Positions 37,177-46,326 of a stretch of 64,000 nucleotides of DNA are shown here, one piece after another. The DNA is from Spirochaetia bacterium. Its GTDB lineage: Bacteria > Spirochaetota > Spirochaetia > SZUA-6 > Bin103. Within the stretch, counting starts at the first letter, position 1, and every line of letters begins with the position of its first letter. Both the position numbers and the translations under genes were made by a program. The stretch covers positions 3,232,001-3,296,000 of the forward strand of contig OZ241863.1 of NCBI GenBank assembly GCA_965203055.1, written 5' to 3'. The notes beneath the pieces are model-generated. The model was not told where the DNA came from. It did no database searches and saw nothing but the letters and a program-made list of their open reading frames with translations.

Positions 37177-38526
37177 ATGAACAAACATGCTTCCGACGGG
37201 GCCGTCACCACTACCGTTTCCGCCCTCTCAGACGACCGCCTGCTGGAGCGGACCAAGGAACTTTCCGGCATCGAACACCATCTCGAAGTGGTCGTCATCG
37301 ACCACCTGCGCGAGATTCATAAGCGCCGCCTGTATCTGCGGCGCGGGTTCTCGAGTCTGTTCGATTACGCGGTGCGCGAACTGGGTTACAGCGACGCCGC
37401 GGCGTGGCGGCGCATCAAGGCGATGCGGCTCTGCGCTGACGTCGAGGGCGCGCGGGAGCGCCTGCAGAATGGCACGATGACGCTGAACGCGGCCGCGCAG
37501 TTGCAGCATGCGTTCGACCGGCAGGAACGCAAGAAGGAACGCGCGGCGCGTAGCGCGCCGGGCGGGGCCGGGTGCGGGGCAGCCGCTCAGTCGCAGGAGG
37601 GCTCGGCGCCGGCGCGGCCGGCGGAGCGGAAGCCGGTGCCGGTGCTGGACTCGGAAGCGCGGCGGGAGTTGGTGGAGCAGGCGTCGGGCAAGAGCAGCCG
37701 GGAGGTGATGCAGTTGCTGGCCGAGGTGGACCCGGAGCTGGCGGCGCCGGCGGATCGGGTGCGGCCCCTGGGCGGCGGGCGCTGGGAACTCAAGACGGTG
37801 ATCGACGATGAGTGCCGGCGGGGCTTGGAGCGGCTCCAGGGCCTCCTGTCCCACGTTGACCCGCACCTGACGATGGGGCAGCTCATGGGGCGGCTGGTGC
37901 GGGAAGGGCTCGACCGCCACGACCCGGCCCGGCCGCCGCGCGGGCGGCGCGCCGCGCCGGCCAAAGGCGCCGAGCAAACTTCGGCGGCGAAGACGCAGGC
38001 GGCCGCAGCTCGCGGCGCTGCCTCGGCAGCGAAGCAGGAGACCAGCGCGGACAGCGCGGCTCCTTCGGCGGCGAAGGTATCGGCTCAGGCGCCGGCGCAG
38101 CCGGGAGGCCAAGCCGCTGACCGCCCGGACACTTCGGCAGCGAAGCCGGCGACCGACGCCACTTCGGCGCCGAAGACGCGGCGCCTCGGCCGGCCGGCTG
38201 CGGCGTGCGCGCAGCCGGCGGCGCCGCCGCGGACCCAGACTTCGGCAGCGAAGACGGGCGTGACCGGCCGCGCCATCCCGGCGGCGGTCAAGCGCGAGGT
38301 GTGGCGGCGCGACCGGGGCCGCTGCCGCTACGTGGACCGCATCAGCGGGCGCCGCTGCGGCTCGCAACACCTGCTGCAGATCGATCACGTGGTGCCGTAT
38401 GCCTGCGGCGGCGGCGCCGAGCCGAACAATCTCCGCCTGCTGTGCGCCGCCCATCATCGCTACCGCCACATCGACGCCGGATTCGGCCGCCCCGGCGAGG
38501 ATCGTCAGGCGCCGGTAGACCGGTGA
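37177..38526 (+). CDS. HNH endonuclease with long N-terminal helical (DUF222-like) region
   Basis: Start reassigned to ATG 37177. C-terminal RAIPAAVKREVWRRDRGRCRY..C..LQIDHVVP..GG..NLRLLCAAHH. Confidence 0.85.
   Translation: MNKHASDGAVTTTVSALSDDRLLERTKELSGIEHHLEVVVIDHLREIHKRRLYLRRGFSSLFDYAVRELGYSDAAAWRRIKAMRLCADVEGARERLQNGTMTLNAAAQLQHAFDRQERKKERAARSAPGGAGCGAAAQSQEGSAPARPAERKPVPVLDSEARRELVEQASGKSSREVMQLLAEVDPELAAPADRVRPLGGGRWELKTVIDDECRRGLERLQGLLSHVDPHLTMGQLMGRLVREGLDRHDPARPPRGRRAAPAKGAEQTSAAKTQAAAARGAASAAKQETSADSAAPSAAKVSAQAPAQPGGQAADRPDTSAAKPATDATSAPKTRRLGRPAAACAQPAAPPRTQTSAAKTGVTGRAIPAAVKREVWRRDRGRCRYVDRISGRRCGSQHLLQIDHVVPYACGGGAEPNNLRLLCAAHHRYRHIDAGFGRPGEDRQAPVDR
37979..38253 (+). repeat. 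Six in-frame palindromic CTTCG-N4-CGAAG motifs encoding (T/A/P)SA(A/P)K
   Basis: Copies start at 37979, 38021 (CCTCG variant), 38063, 38132, 38162 and 38240. Confidence 0.8.
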
Positions 38527-38672
38527 TCAAGATCGCCGAGAAACGTCATCTTACACTGGGACTGGGACTGGACTTGGGCTTGGCCGCCAAGCGGCCTGTC
38601 GCTTACCTACATTTTGAAGTGCGCCCAGGTCGGGTGTGCGGCAGGCGTGCGGCTTGGTTTACATTACCCGGC

Positions 38673-39899
38673 ATGAGGATCAGATCGCGCATCATGGGCG
38701 CGCTGCTGGCGGCGGGCATGCTGGCCGGCGCGGGCGCCGCCCACGGGCATCAGGGCGAGGCGCTGCGGATCGGGTTGCTGCTGAACTTCAGCGATGCCGG
38801 AGACCTGGACCTGCGGCGGGCGTTCGACCTGGCGGTGGAGCATCTGAACGCGGCCGGCGGCGTGCTGGGCCATCCGGTGGAGAGCGTGATGGCGGAACCC
38901 ACCCCCGACCCGGCCGCGGCGGTGGCGGCAGCGCGCCGCCTGGTCGAGGAGGAGGGCGCGCACGTCCTGGTCGGCCCCGGCACCAGCGCCACGTCGATTC
39001 CGGTCGCCGAACAGGTGAGCGGTCCGGGCGAGATTCCCACCATCAGCCCATCCGCCACCTCGCCGCAGTTGGCGGCGGTGGCGGACCGCGACTTCCTGTT
39101 CCGCACCGCCCTGTCCGACAGCGCGCAGGGGCCGATCCTGGCGCGCGTCACGCGCGAGCTCGGAGTGGACCACGCCGCCCTGATCTACCATGACGATCCA
39201 TGGGGGCGGGGACTGGCGGCCGCCTTCGCCGCGGCCTGGAGCGGATCGCTCACCGCGGCCGCGCTCGACCCGGCGCCGGCGGCCGTGCTGGAGGCGCTGC
39301 GGCGCGGCAAGGCGGCCGGCGCCCAGGCGCTGGTGGTGGTCGCGTTCGAGGCGGACGGAGCGGCGATCGTACGGCAGGCCGTTGAGCATGACCTGTACGA
39401 CCAGTTCATCTTCAGCGACGCGCTGAAGAGCCTGACGGTGGCGCAGGAGATCGGCGTGCGGCACGTCGCCGGCCAGTACGGGGTGGCCGCGGCGTCCGAT
39501 CCGAACAGCGCCGCGTCGGCGGCGTGGGAAGCGGCCTACCGGGAACGGTACGGCGCGCTGCCGGTACTGGCCTTCGTCAAGGAGATCTACGACGCCGCCA
39601 TCGCCCTGGGGCTGGCCGCCGAGGCGGCCGGCAGCACCGCCGGCGCGGCCATCCGCGACCAGTTGCGGGCGGTGGGCAGCGCGCCGGGCGCGGTGGTGAC
39701 CGCCGGGCCGGAAGGGGTGGCGGCGGCGCTGCGCATCCTGGCCGCCGGCGGGGCGGTCGACTACGACGGCGCCGCGGCCACGCTCGACTGGGACGCCAAC
39801 GGCGACCTGCGCCGCGGCCACGTCGGCATCTGGCGCTTCACTGCCGACGGCCGGATCGAAGACCTGGAGGCGGTACCGTTCGATGCAAACGTTCGCTGA
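38673..39899 (+). CDS. Type 1 periplasmic binding protein (Leu/Ile/Val-binding family)
   Basis: ATG 38673; signal peptide; LAVEHLNAAGGVLG, ISPSATSPQL, FRTALSD, YDAA and DANGD. Confidence 0.88.
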   Translation: MRIRSRIMGALLAAGMLAGAGAAHGHQGEALRIGLLLNFSDAGDLDLRRAFDLAVEHLNAAGGVLGHPVESVMAEPTPDPAAAVAAARRLVEEEGAHVLVGPGTSATSIPVAEQVSGPGEIPTISPSATSPQLAAVADRDFLFRTALSDSAQGPILARVTRELGVDHAALIYHDDPWGRGLAAAFAAAWSGSLTAAALDPAPAAVLEALRRGKAAGAQALVVVAFEADGAAIVRQAVEHDLYDQFIFSDALKSLTVAQEIGVRHVAGQYGVAAASDPNSAASAAWEAAYRERYGALPVLAFVKEIYDAAIALGLAAEAAGSTAGAAIRDQLRAVGSAPGAVVTAGPEGVAAALRILAAGGAVDYDGAAATLDWDANGDLRRGHVGIWRFTADGRIEDLEAVPFDANVR

Positions 39900-41229
39900 T
39901 CCCACCTTCCCGCTGATACGCCTGCCGGAGGAGTTCCGCAGCCGGCGCCAGACGACGCGCGTCAATCCGGAGGCCGGCAGTTCGGTGGACCTGCTGCGCG
40001 CCGCGGGACCCGGCTGCGTGCGCCACCTGTGGCTCACCATTTCGGGGCGCGACGTGCCGCGCCCCGCGGCGGCCGCCGGGGTGATGCTGGAAATCACCGC
40101 CGACGCCGAATCCGGCGCCCGTCCCCAGGTGCGGCTGCCGCTGAATCAGTTCTTCGGCGTCCTCCTGGACCGCGGGCTGCCCTACCGGATGGAGTCCGCC
40201 GGGATCAAGCTGCTGCCCGACAACGCCTACAACCTGTACCTGCCGATCCCGTTCCGGGCCGGGTGCCGCATCACTCTGCATACTCCGAAGCGCCTGAGCG
40301 TGTGGGCGATGGCGGACTGGCAGGAGTACCCCGCCGGCGCGCCGGTCAGCGCGTTGCGCCTGCACGCCCACCATCACGCCGAGCATCCGGCGGCGGATCA
40401 CGGCTCCTTCCCGATCGGCGCCATTGGCGGCTCCGGCTTCGTGGCCGGCATCGTCAAGGGGATTCGCCAGCGTGACGCCGGGGATCTGATCTACCACACC
40501 GGCGGCGCGACTTGGCTGCTCGACGGGGAGACCGATCCGCACGCCCTGCGCGGCATCAACGAGGAAGACGACGTGGGCTTCTCGTTCGGCTACCGCGCGG
40601 TGCGCAGCCAGTGGAGCGGCTGCCCGCACGTGGTAATCGGCGGGGCGCAGGCGCCGGAGGCGGTCGCCTACCGCTTCTTCGGGCCGGACCCGATCAGGTT
40701 CCGTTCCTCGCTGGTGGCGCGCGGCGGCTCCCGCGCCGACGACACCGAAACCACGCTCTACTACTACCGCGCGGCCGGCAGCCGCGCGCCCGCGGTGGAG
40801 ACGCCGCCGCACTGGCAGGTCGCGGGGCCGGTGGCCTGCGCCGATTACGCGCAGTTCCGCCAGCCGCCGGGAACCGCCGAGCCGCCGCCGGAGTGGCGGG
40901 CCGAGGCGCGCGTCGCCGGCGAGCACACCTGGCTCGACCTGACCCACTGCTTCGGCGCCGCGCGGCCGTTGCTCGACGTGGCCGCGTATGCCCGCACCGT
41001 GCTGCGCAGCCCCGCCTCCCGCAACGCCGTGCTGAGGCTGGGCTTCGACGACTGGCTCACGGTGTGGGTCAACGGCGCCGAGTGCGCCAGCCTGCGGCAC
41101 GACGACGGCTTTGCCGTCGCCCGCGTCCCGGTCCGCCTGCGGGCCGGAGACAACGAGCTGCTGGTGAAGCTGAGCAACGCGCTGAACCGCGAGTACCGGT
41201 TGTGGGCGTTGAGCTGCGTGGTGGAGTGA
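39883..41229 (+). CDS. DUF2961 (GH172-like) domain protein
   Basis: GPGCVRHLWLT, YNLYLPIPF, GINEEDD and YRFFGPDPIRF; C-terminal beta-sandwich GFDDWLTVWVNG..GDNELLVK. Confidence 0.7.
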   Translation: MQTFADPTFPLIRLPEEFRSRRQTTRVNPEAGSSVDLLRAAGPGCVRHLWLTISGRDVPRPAAAAGVMLEITADAESGARPQVRLPLNQFFGVLLDRGLPYRMESAGIKLLPDNAYNLYLPIPFRAGCRITLHTPKRLSVWAMADWQEYPAGAPVSALRLHAHHHAEHPAADHGSFPIGAIGGSGFVAGIVKGIRQRDAGDLIYHTGGATWLLDGETDPHALRGINEEDDVGFSFGYRAVRSQWSGCPHVVIGGAQAPEAVAYRFFGPDPIRFRSSLVARGGSRADDTETTLYYYRAAGSRAPAVETPPHWQVAGPVACADYAQFRQPPGTAEPPPEWRAEARVAGEHTWLDLTHCFGAARPLLDVAAYARTVLRSPASRNAVLRLGFDDWLTVWVNGAECASLRHDDGFAVARVPVRLRAGDNELLVKLSNALNREYRLWALSCVVE

Positions 41230-41286
41230 GCGGCCGCGGCGCAATTGCCGGGCCGCTGGGTGCGCGCCGCGGCTGAGCCGTCCGGT

Positions 41287-41706
41287 TCAGCCGCGCGGCA
41301 ATTCGTAGTTGATCATCCAGTTGATGCCGAACTGGTCGGTGCAGGTACCGAAGTAGGCGCCCCAGAACTGCTCCTCCATCGGCATGGTGGCCGCGCCGCC
41401 GGCCGCGAGCTTGGCGAACAGGTCGTCGGCCTGTTCACGGCTGTCGGGACTGATCGACACCGAGAAGTTGTTGCCGCTGGTCACTTCCGGTCCGAAGCCG
41501 GAGCTGTCGCTACCCATCAGCACGCCGGACCCGATCGGCAGCGACACGTGCATGATCAGGTCGCCCTTGTCGGCGGGTACCCCGATGTCGTGCGGCGCGT
41601 CGGCAAAGGTCTGGATGAAGCTGAACTCGCCGCCGAACACCGAGCGGTAGAACTCGAAGGCGGCGCGGCAGTTGTCGTCGAAGGTCAGGTAGATGTTGAT
41701 GTTGAT
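41287..41706 (-). CDS. VOC/PhnB family protein with apparent ATC start codon
   Basis: INIYLTFDDNCRAAFEFYRSVFGG..IMHVSL..LMGSD..FWGAYFG..DQFGINW. GGAGG RBS (41716-41720) precedes ATC at 41706. Confidence 0.78.
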   Translation of the reverse strand: MNINIYLTFDDNCRAAFEFYRSVFGGEFSFIQTFADAPHDIGVPADKGDLIMHVSLPIGSGVLMGSDSSGFGPEVTSGNNFSVSISPDSREQADDLFAKLAAGGAATMPMEEQFWGAYFGTCTDQFGINWMINYELPRG

Positions 41707-41780
41707 GGCGGTATCCCTCCGGGGCCGGAAGGTAGCGAAGGCGGCGCCGGCGGGCAACCTCGAACCGGTCCGCGCGCGGC

Positions 41781-42626
41781 TCAACCCCGCCGGCGCAGGT
41801 AGACGCCGCGTCCGAGCGGCTGCGAGGAGTCGGCGATGAGCGCCGAACACTCGCGAAACGCGGCGTCCAGCGTTGCCTCGCTGGCGCGGCTGAGCGCCGG
41901 ACGTTCCCGTTCCCGCAGCGGAACGAAGAGCAGATGCTGCAGCGACGCGTTCTCCTTGAGCGACTGCAGCATGCGTCTGAGCCCCAGGCGCCGTAACATG
42001 GCCCGGGCCAGCGTCGCCGCGCTCGCCAGCAGGAGATTTCTGGCGTCTACCGGCTCATTTACGGCGCCCGTGCCGCAGCTTGCGAACGGGCCGCTGCCGC
42101 ACAGTGACGCCAGGGCGTCGAGGCAGGCTTGCGTGTTGCGCGTCAGGGCGTCGAAGTGGATGCACAGCAGGTCGGCGTCGAGGTGCAACAGGCCGCGCAC
42201 GGCGGCCGGGGTCAGGCGCTCCCGCACGATGCGCTGCTCCAGTATCCGCGGGCCCATCCATACCACCGGCCGGCCGCGGCTGCGGGCAAAGCGGATCATG
42301 GACACCGCGCGGTCGCGGTAGTCGCGCAGCAGCACGACCAGGAGGATGCGCGTACCCTTGCTGCGCAGCGCGCTCACGCCGCGGATGAGCCGCGGGTCGC
42401 GGTAGGCGAGATTGGCGATGTCGACGAGGATCCGGCCGGAACCGGCGACCGTGCGCTGGTGCAGGCGAGCGAACAGCCGCGGCGACCGATAGTAGTAGCC
42501 CTCCTTGATTTCCGGGAATACGTAGTCGGGGTGCCGCTTCAGGAGCTCGTACAGGAAGGTGCTCCCCGACCGGCCCGGGCCTACCACCAGCAGGTAGTCG
42601 TAACGACGCGGGGCAGCCGGCGGCAT
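41781..42626 (-). CDS. Sulfotransferase-like P-loop protein
   Basis: VVGPGRSGSTFLYELLKRHP, IKEGYYY and LLRDYRDRAVS resemble the 5'- and 3'-PAPS-binding motifs. Confidence 0.65.
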   Translation of the reverse strand: MPPAAPRRYDYLLVVGPGRSGSTFLYELLKRHPDYVFPEIKEGYYYRSPRLFARLHQRTVAGSGRILVDIANLAYRDPRLIRGVSALRSKGTRILLVVLLRDYRDRAVSMIRFARSRGRPVVWMGPRILEQRIVRERLTPAAVRGLLHLDADLLCIHFDALTRNTQACLDALASLCGSGPFASCGTGAVNEPVDARNLLLASAATLARAMLRRLGLRRMLQSLKENASLQHLLFVPLRERERPALSRASEATLDAAFRECSALIADSSQPLGRGVYLRRRG

Positions 42627-42639
42627 GCGCTACGGTTCC

Positions 42640-45090
42640 CTACTGCGAGTCGATGGCCAGCACGAGCGCCACGAACGAAATCACGAGCGCCCCCAGCGTG
42701 GCGGCCGGGGCGATGATTTGGGAGAAGGCGAACGATTCCGCGGGCACGAAGATCTGGTCGTCCGGCGCCACCGGCGCCGACGGCTCCTTCTCCCGTCCGA
42801 GCCGGTCGGTCACGGTTGCGCGGCTCCCGTCTCCGCCTGCCGGGACCGTGCCGCCGGCCAGACGGACGTAGTAATCGGCGCTCCGCCCCGGCAGGTAGGC
42901 AAACACCCCCGGAGCCTGCACCGCGCCGGCCACCGTGACCGACAGCCGGCGCACCGGAACGACCACCTTGTCGTACGGCTGCAGCGGTATGTCGTCGTCC
43001 CGGCCGCCGGCGAACAGCAGCCGCTCCAGATCCACCGCCAGGCGCACGTCCGCACGGAGCACGTAACCCGCGCCGAGGTCGGCGTCGTGGCGAATTTCGG
43101 CGCGCAACGGAAACAGCACGTCGAACACCGTGACCCCGGGCCAGTAGGGCACCACGCGGCGGGCGGTGCCGGTCGCCCGGGTCGCGGCGACCAGCTCGCG
43201 TTCGGTCGCCGTCGCGATCTGATCGACTTCGCCGCTGGTACGGGTGGTGGTCACCGTGGTGGGCGTCGGCTGCTCCAGCGCTCCCTCCAGGTAGACGACC
43301 GGCGACGGCACGGCGCGGACCAATATGGAATCTTCATCGAGCAACGGCGGCGCGCCGCCGGCGGCGAAGTCGACGGCGATCGATTCCCGCCCGGCCCCGT
43401 CCCCGGCCGCGCTCAGCCGGCTGATCACCACCCGGGTCGGGTCGGCGGCCAGGGTGAAGCCTGCCCCGTACTGCTCGATCAGCTCCGGCAGCCCTTCGCC
43501 GGCCAGGAGCTGATACCGTCCCGGGCGGCGCACCTCGCCGGCCAGCCGCACCGCCCGCTCCCGCTCGCGGAACGTAATCGTCGCCCCCGGAGCGAGCAGG
43601 GGGTTGTGGGCGAGCTCGCCGAACCGCCGCCAGCGAAACAGATCGTAGGTCCGCCGCTGGCCGCCCGGTGACTCGACGGCGACTCGCCGGATCGACGTAT
43701 ATTGCGTGCGCACCGCCTCCACCACGTCGTTCAACCGCGTCACCGGACTCACGGTAAGCTGCCGCGCCTGCGTTACTTCGCCCCGCAGCGCCACCTCGAA
43801 GCGTTGCGCGGGAATGATGATGCGGTCCATCGGCTGCAGTCCGCGGTCGCCCGCGCGGGAGCCGCCATGCAACAGCAGCTCCAGATCGATCGGCGCGTCA
43901 GGCTCGCCGCGGCGCGCGAAGGTGGCGTTGGTCAGGTCGGCGCCGGGGACGATCGAGTCGCGAATCTTCTGCAGCGCGTCGAACAGCGTCTCCCCCGGCC
44001 GGTAGCGGTGGGCGATCCGGCCGCCGGGCGCCGGGACCGGCGCCTCGCCCTCCCCGTCACCGTCGCGCGGCGCCGCGGCGGCCACGGCTCCTTCGAAGAA
44101 CACCGCCGGCAGCAGCGCATCGCGGTTGGCGACCGTCACCACGTCGCCGTCGCGCAGCGGCGCGCGGGCCAGCTCGGCGCTCCATGCCGCGTACCGCGTC
44201 GCGCCGCGTTCGGCGGCCGGGGCGGAGCTCGCCGCCGGCAGCGGCATTCCGTCGCAATCGAGGAGCGCGGCCGCCCCCGCCGCGCGCCCGCCGGCGTCCT
44301 CCGCGGCGGGCGCCGGCGCGCTGCCGAGACTCTCGAGGCGCACCCGTTCCAGGTCGGCGCGCGGGGTAAAGCCGTCGGCGAAGGCGACCAGCTCAGCCAG
44401 GCCCTCGCCGGCCGCGAGCTGGTAGCTGCCCGGACGCCACACCTGGCCGCCTATGGTCACCTCGCGTTCGCGGCGGCTCACGCAGATGCGGTCGCCCGGC
44501 AGCAGGTAGGGGTCTTGCGACCGGATGCCGAACCGCTGCGCCCGGAACAGATCGTACACCTGCGCTTCGGCGCCGCGTTCGATGCGCACGTCGCGCAGCG
44601 AGGCGTGGGCCGTGAGTCGGCCGGCCACGATCTCGCTCAGCCGGCCCAACCCCCAGGTGGCGGCGTAACCGGCCGTCTCCACCGCGCCGCGCAGATGCAC
44701 CTCGAAGGTGCCGACGCCGGTAAGGTGGAGCGCCGGATTGCTGCCGGGGTAGGCCTCCGCGACCAGCGCCGCGATCCGCCGCCGGAAGTCATTGAGGTTC
44801 AGGCCGCGCGCATCCAGCACGCCGAATGCGCCGAGATCCACGCTGTAGTCGCTGGCGACGACGACCAGTTCGCTGAGACGGGTCACCGCGTCGACCCGCG
44901 CCGCGGTGGCCGGCAGGAACGCCAGCTCGTAGGTATCGCCGGGCGTCACCGGGTAGTCCGCCGCCGCCAGCGCCAGCGACAGTTGCTCCTGCGCCGCGGC
45001 CGGCGCCAGCGCCGCCGCGCAGAGGAGGGCGGCCAGCGTGTACCCCACCCGGCGGGGGCGGACCGCCCTGCGGATGCCGCCGGTCATCAT
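42640..45090 (-). CDS. Polysaccharide export protein with multiple SLBB domains (Wza/KpsD-like)
   Basis: Signal peptide; DYPVTPGD; repeated V.G.V.RPG.Y and LxxGD units; C-terminal TM helix. Confidence 0.8.
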   Translation of the reverse strand: MMTGGIRRAVRPRRVGYTLAALLCAAALAPAAAQEQLSLALAAADYPVTPGDTYELAFLPATAARVDAVTRLSELVVVASDYSVDLGAFGVLDARGLNLNDFRRRIAALVAEAYPGSNPALHLTGVGTFEVHLRGAVETAGYAATWGLGRLSEIVAGRLTAHASLRDVRIERGAEAQVYDLFRAQRFGIRSQDPYLLPGDRICVSRREREVTIGGQVWRPGSYQLAAGEGLAELVAFADGFTPRADLERVRLESLGSAPAPAAEDAGGRAAGAAALLDCDGMPLPAASSAPAAERGATRYAAWSAELARAPLRDGDVVTVANRDALLPAVFFEGAVAAAAPRDGDGEGEAPVPAPGGRIAHRYRPGETLFDALQKIRDSIVPGADLTNATFARRGEPDAPIDLELLLHGGSRAGDRGLQPMDRIIIPAQRFEVALRGEVTQARQLTVSPVTRLNDVVEAVRTQYTSIRRVAVESPGGQRRTYDLFRWRRFGELAHNPLLAPGATITFRERERAVRLAGEVRRPGRYQLLAGEGLPELIEQYGAGFTLAADPTRVVISRLSAAGDGAGRESIAVDFAAGGAPPLLDEDSILVRAVPSPVVYLEGALEQPTPTTVTTTRTSGEVDQIATATERELVAATRATGTARRVVPYWPGVTVFDVLFPLRAEIRHDADLGAGYVLRADVRLAVDLERLLFAGGRDDDIPLQPYDKVVVPVRRLSVTVAGAVQAPGVFAYLPGRSADYYVRLAGGTVPAGGDGSRATVTDRLGREKEPSAPVAPDDQIFVPAESFAFSQIIAPAATLGALVISFVALVLAIDSQ

Positions 45091-45114
45091 CGCCCGAAAC
45101 CCTTTGGACTTGAG

Positions 45115-46035
45115 CTACCGCGGCGCGGGGGCGGCGCGTTCACCGGCCGCGTCGAGCCGGCGCTTTGCCTCGGCGTAGACCTCCGGCGGCAGCGGGCCGC
45201 GCCGAACCGCGGCCAGGTTCTCCTGCAGGTGTCCGGACCGCGTGGTGCCCACGATGGTGGTATGGACGAACGGATGGGTCAGGGTGTAGCGCAGCACGAA
45301 CGCCGAGCGGCTCTCGCCGTCGTCGCGCAGCTCGTCGAGCCCGGCGCGGGCGAAGGTCTCCCAGCGGTCCGCGCCGCCGCGCCCGCTGCCGGGTTCGCCC
45401 TGCGCCACGCCGCCGCGGATGATGATCCCGACCCCGGCCTGCGCGGCGCGCGTGATCCACTCCTCGTGCCGCCGCTCCAGGGCGGAGTAGGGGATCTGCA
45501 TCACGTCGAACACCCCCCAGTCCAGGTAGACGGGCAGGTGCGGCAGGGTACTGGAGACGCCGATGAAGCGCACCTTGCCGCTACGCTTCATCTCCCGGAG
45601 CGCCGCCACCAGGCCGCCCGCTTCGCACTCCGCCACGGTCGGGTTGTGGAGCTGCATCACCTCGATGCTGTCGCGCCCGAGGCGCGCGAGGCTGCCCTCC
45701 AGGCCGCGCCACAGGTTGTCCCGGGTCCACAGGTGGTCGGAGTTGTTCTCCTGCGGGCGGGTGTCGGTGCAGCCGCACTTGGTGGCCAGGTGGAATTCGC
45801 CGTAGCGATGGCCGAGGGAGGCGGCGATGCGGCGCTCGGCGTCGACGTAGTCGTAGGCGGTGTCGAGGAAGTTGATGCCGGAGTCCAACACCTCATTGAG
45901 CAACCGATCCGCGGTCTGATCGGTCCAGTGTTCCTTGGCGGGATGATACAGCGCCGTGCCGAAGCCGAGCCGGGTCACCTGCAGGCCGGTGTTGCCGAGC
46001 ACGGCGGTGGGAAGAGCGGTCGCAAGATCTGCCAT
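45115..46035 (-). CDS. Aldo/keto reductase
   Basis: LGNTGLQVTRLGFGT, GINFLDTAYDY, ATKCG, QLHNP and GKVRFIGVS. Confidence 0.9.
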   Translation of the reverse strand: MADLATALPTAVLGNTGLQVTRLGFGTALYHPAKEHWTDQTADRLLNEVLDSGINFLDTAYDYVDAERRIAASLGHRYGEFHLATKCGCTDTRPQENNSDHLWTRDNLWRGLEGSLARLGRDSIEVMQLHNPTVAECEAGGLVAALREMKRSGKVRFIGVSSTLPHLPVYLDWGVFDVMQIPYSALERRHEEWITRAAQAGVGIIIRGGVAQGEPGSGRGGADRWETFARAGLDELRDDGESRSAFVLRYTLTHPFVHTTIVGTTRSGHLQENLAAVRRGPLPPEVYAEAKRRLDAAGERAAPAPR

Positions 46036-46059
46036 GGCGCCCATGATACGGTATCTGAG

Positions 46060-46128
46060 GCCCGCCCGGCGAGCCGTTGCTTGCCTCACCGAAAATCCAC
46101 TCGAGGGGTAAGAGGTGCCTCATCCAAG
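46060..46128 (-). repeat. Left arm of a ~70-bp imperfect inverted repeat (partner 49956-50026)
   Basis: Reverse complement CTTGGATGAGGCACCTCTTACCCCTCGAGTGGATTTTC-GGTGAGGCAA...GGGCGGGC aligns with 49956-50026 at 55 of 71 columns by manual alignment. Confidence 0.85.
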
Positions 46129-46326
46129 TTAGCGGGGCGCGGCCCGCTCCGCGCCGTTGGCCGAGTCGCGTTTGAAGGCGCGGTAGGTCTGCTCGTCGAT
46201 GCCGGTGGCGGACCGGATCACCGGCCACCCGATTCCCGCCCGCAGGAACCCTTCAATGGTCTCCAGCCTGCCCTTAAGCTCACCCTCTTGCCGGCCTTGT
46301 TGCTTGATCTCCTCGACGTAATTCAT
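46129..46326 (-). CDS. Putative internally initiated small Rpn protein (RpnS-like antitoxin), 65 aa
   Basis: In-frame ATG 46326 preceded by GGAGGGAG within rpn: MNYVEEIKQQGRQEGELKGRLE... Confidence 0.55.
   Translation of the reverse strand: MNYVEEIKQQGRQEGELKGRLETIEGFLRAGIGWPVIRSATGIDEQTYRAFKRDSANGAERAAPR

Noticed and set aside
37979..38253. Palindromic repeats with variable spacers as a CRISPR array
   Set aside because: The repeats are only 14 bp, spacing is irregular and always in frame within a CDS, and there are no cas genes.
38550..38595. Short ACTGGG/ACTGG tandem and CTTGG-CCG-CCAAG hairpin after the HNH gene
   Set aside because: It is too short and degenerate to assign a function or call an element end.
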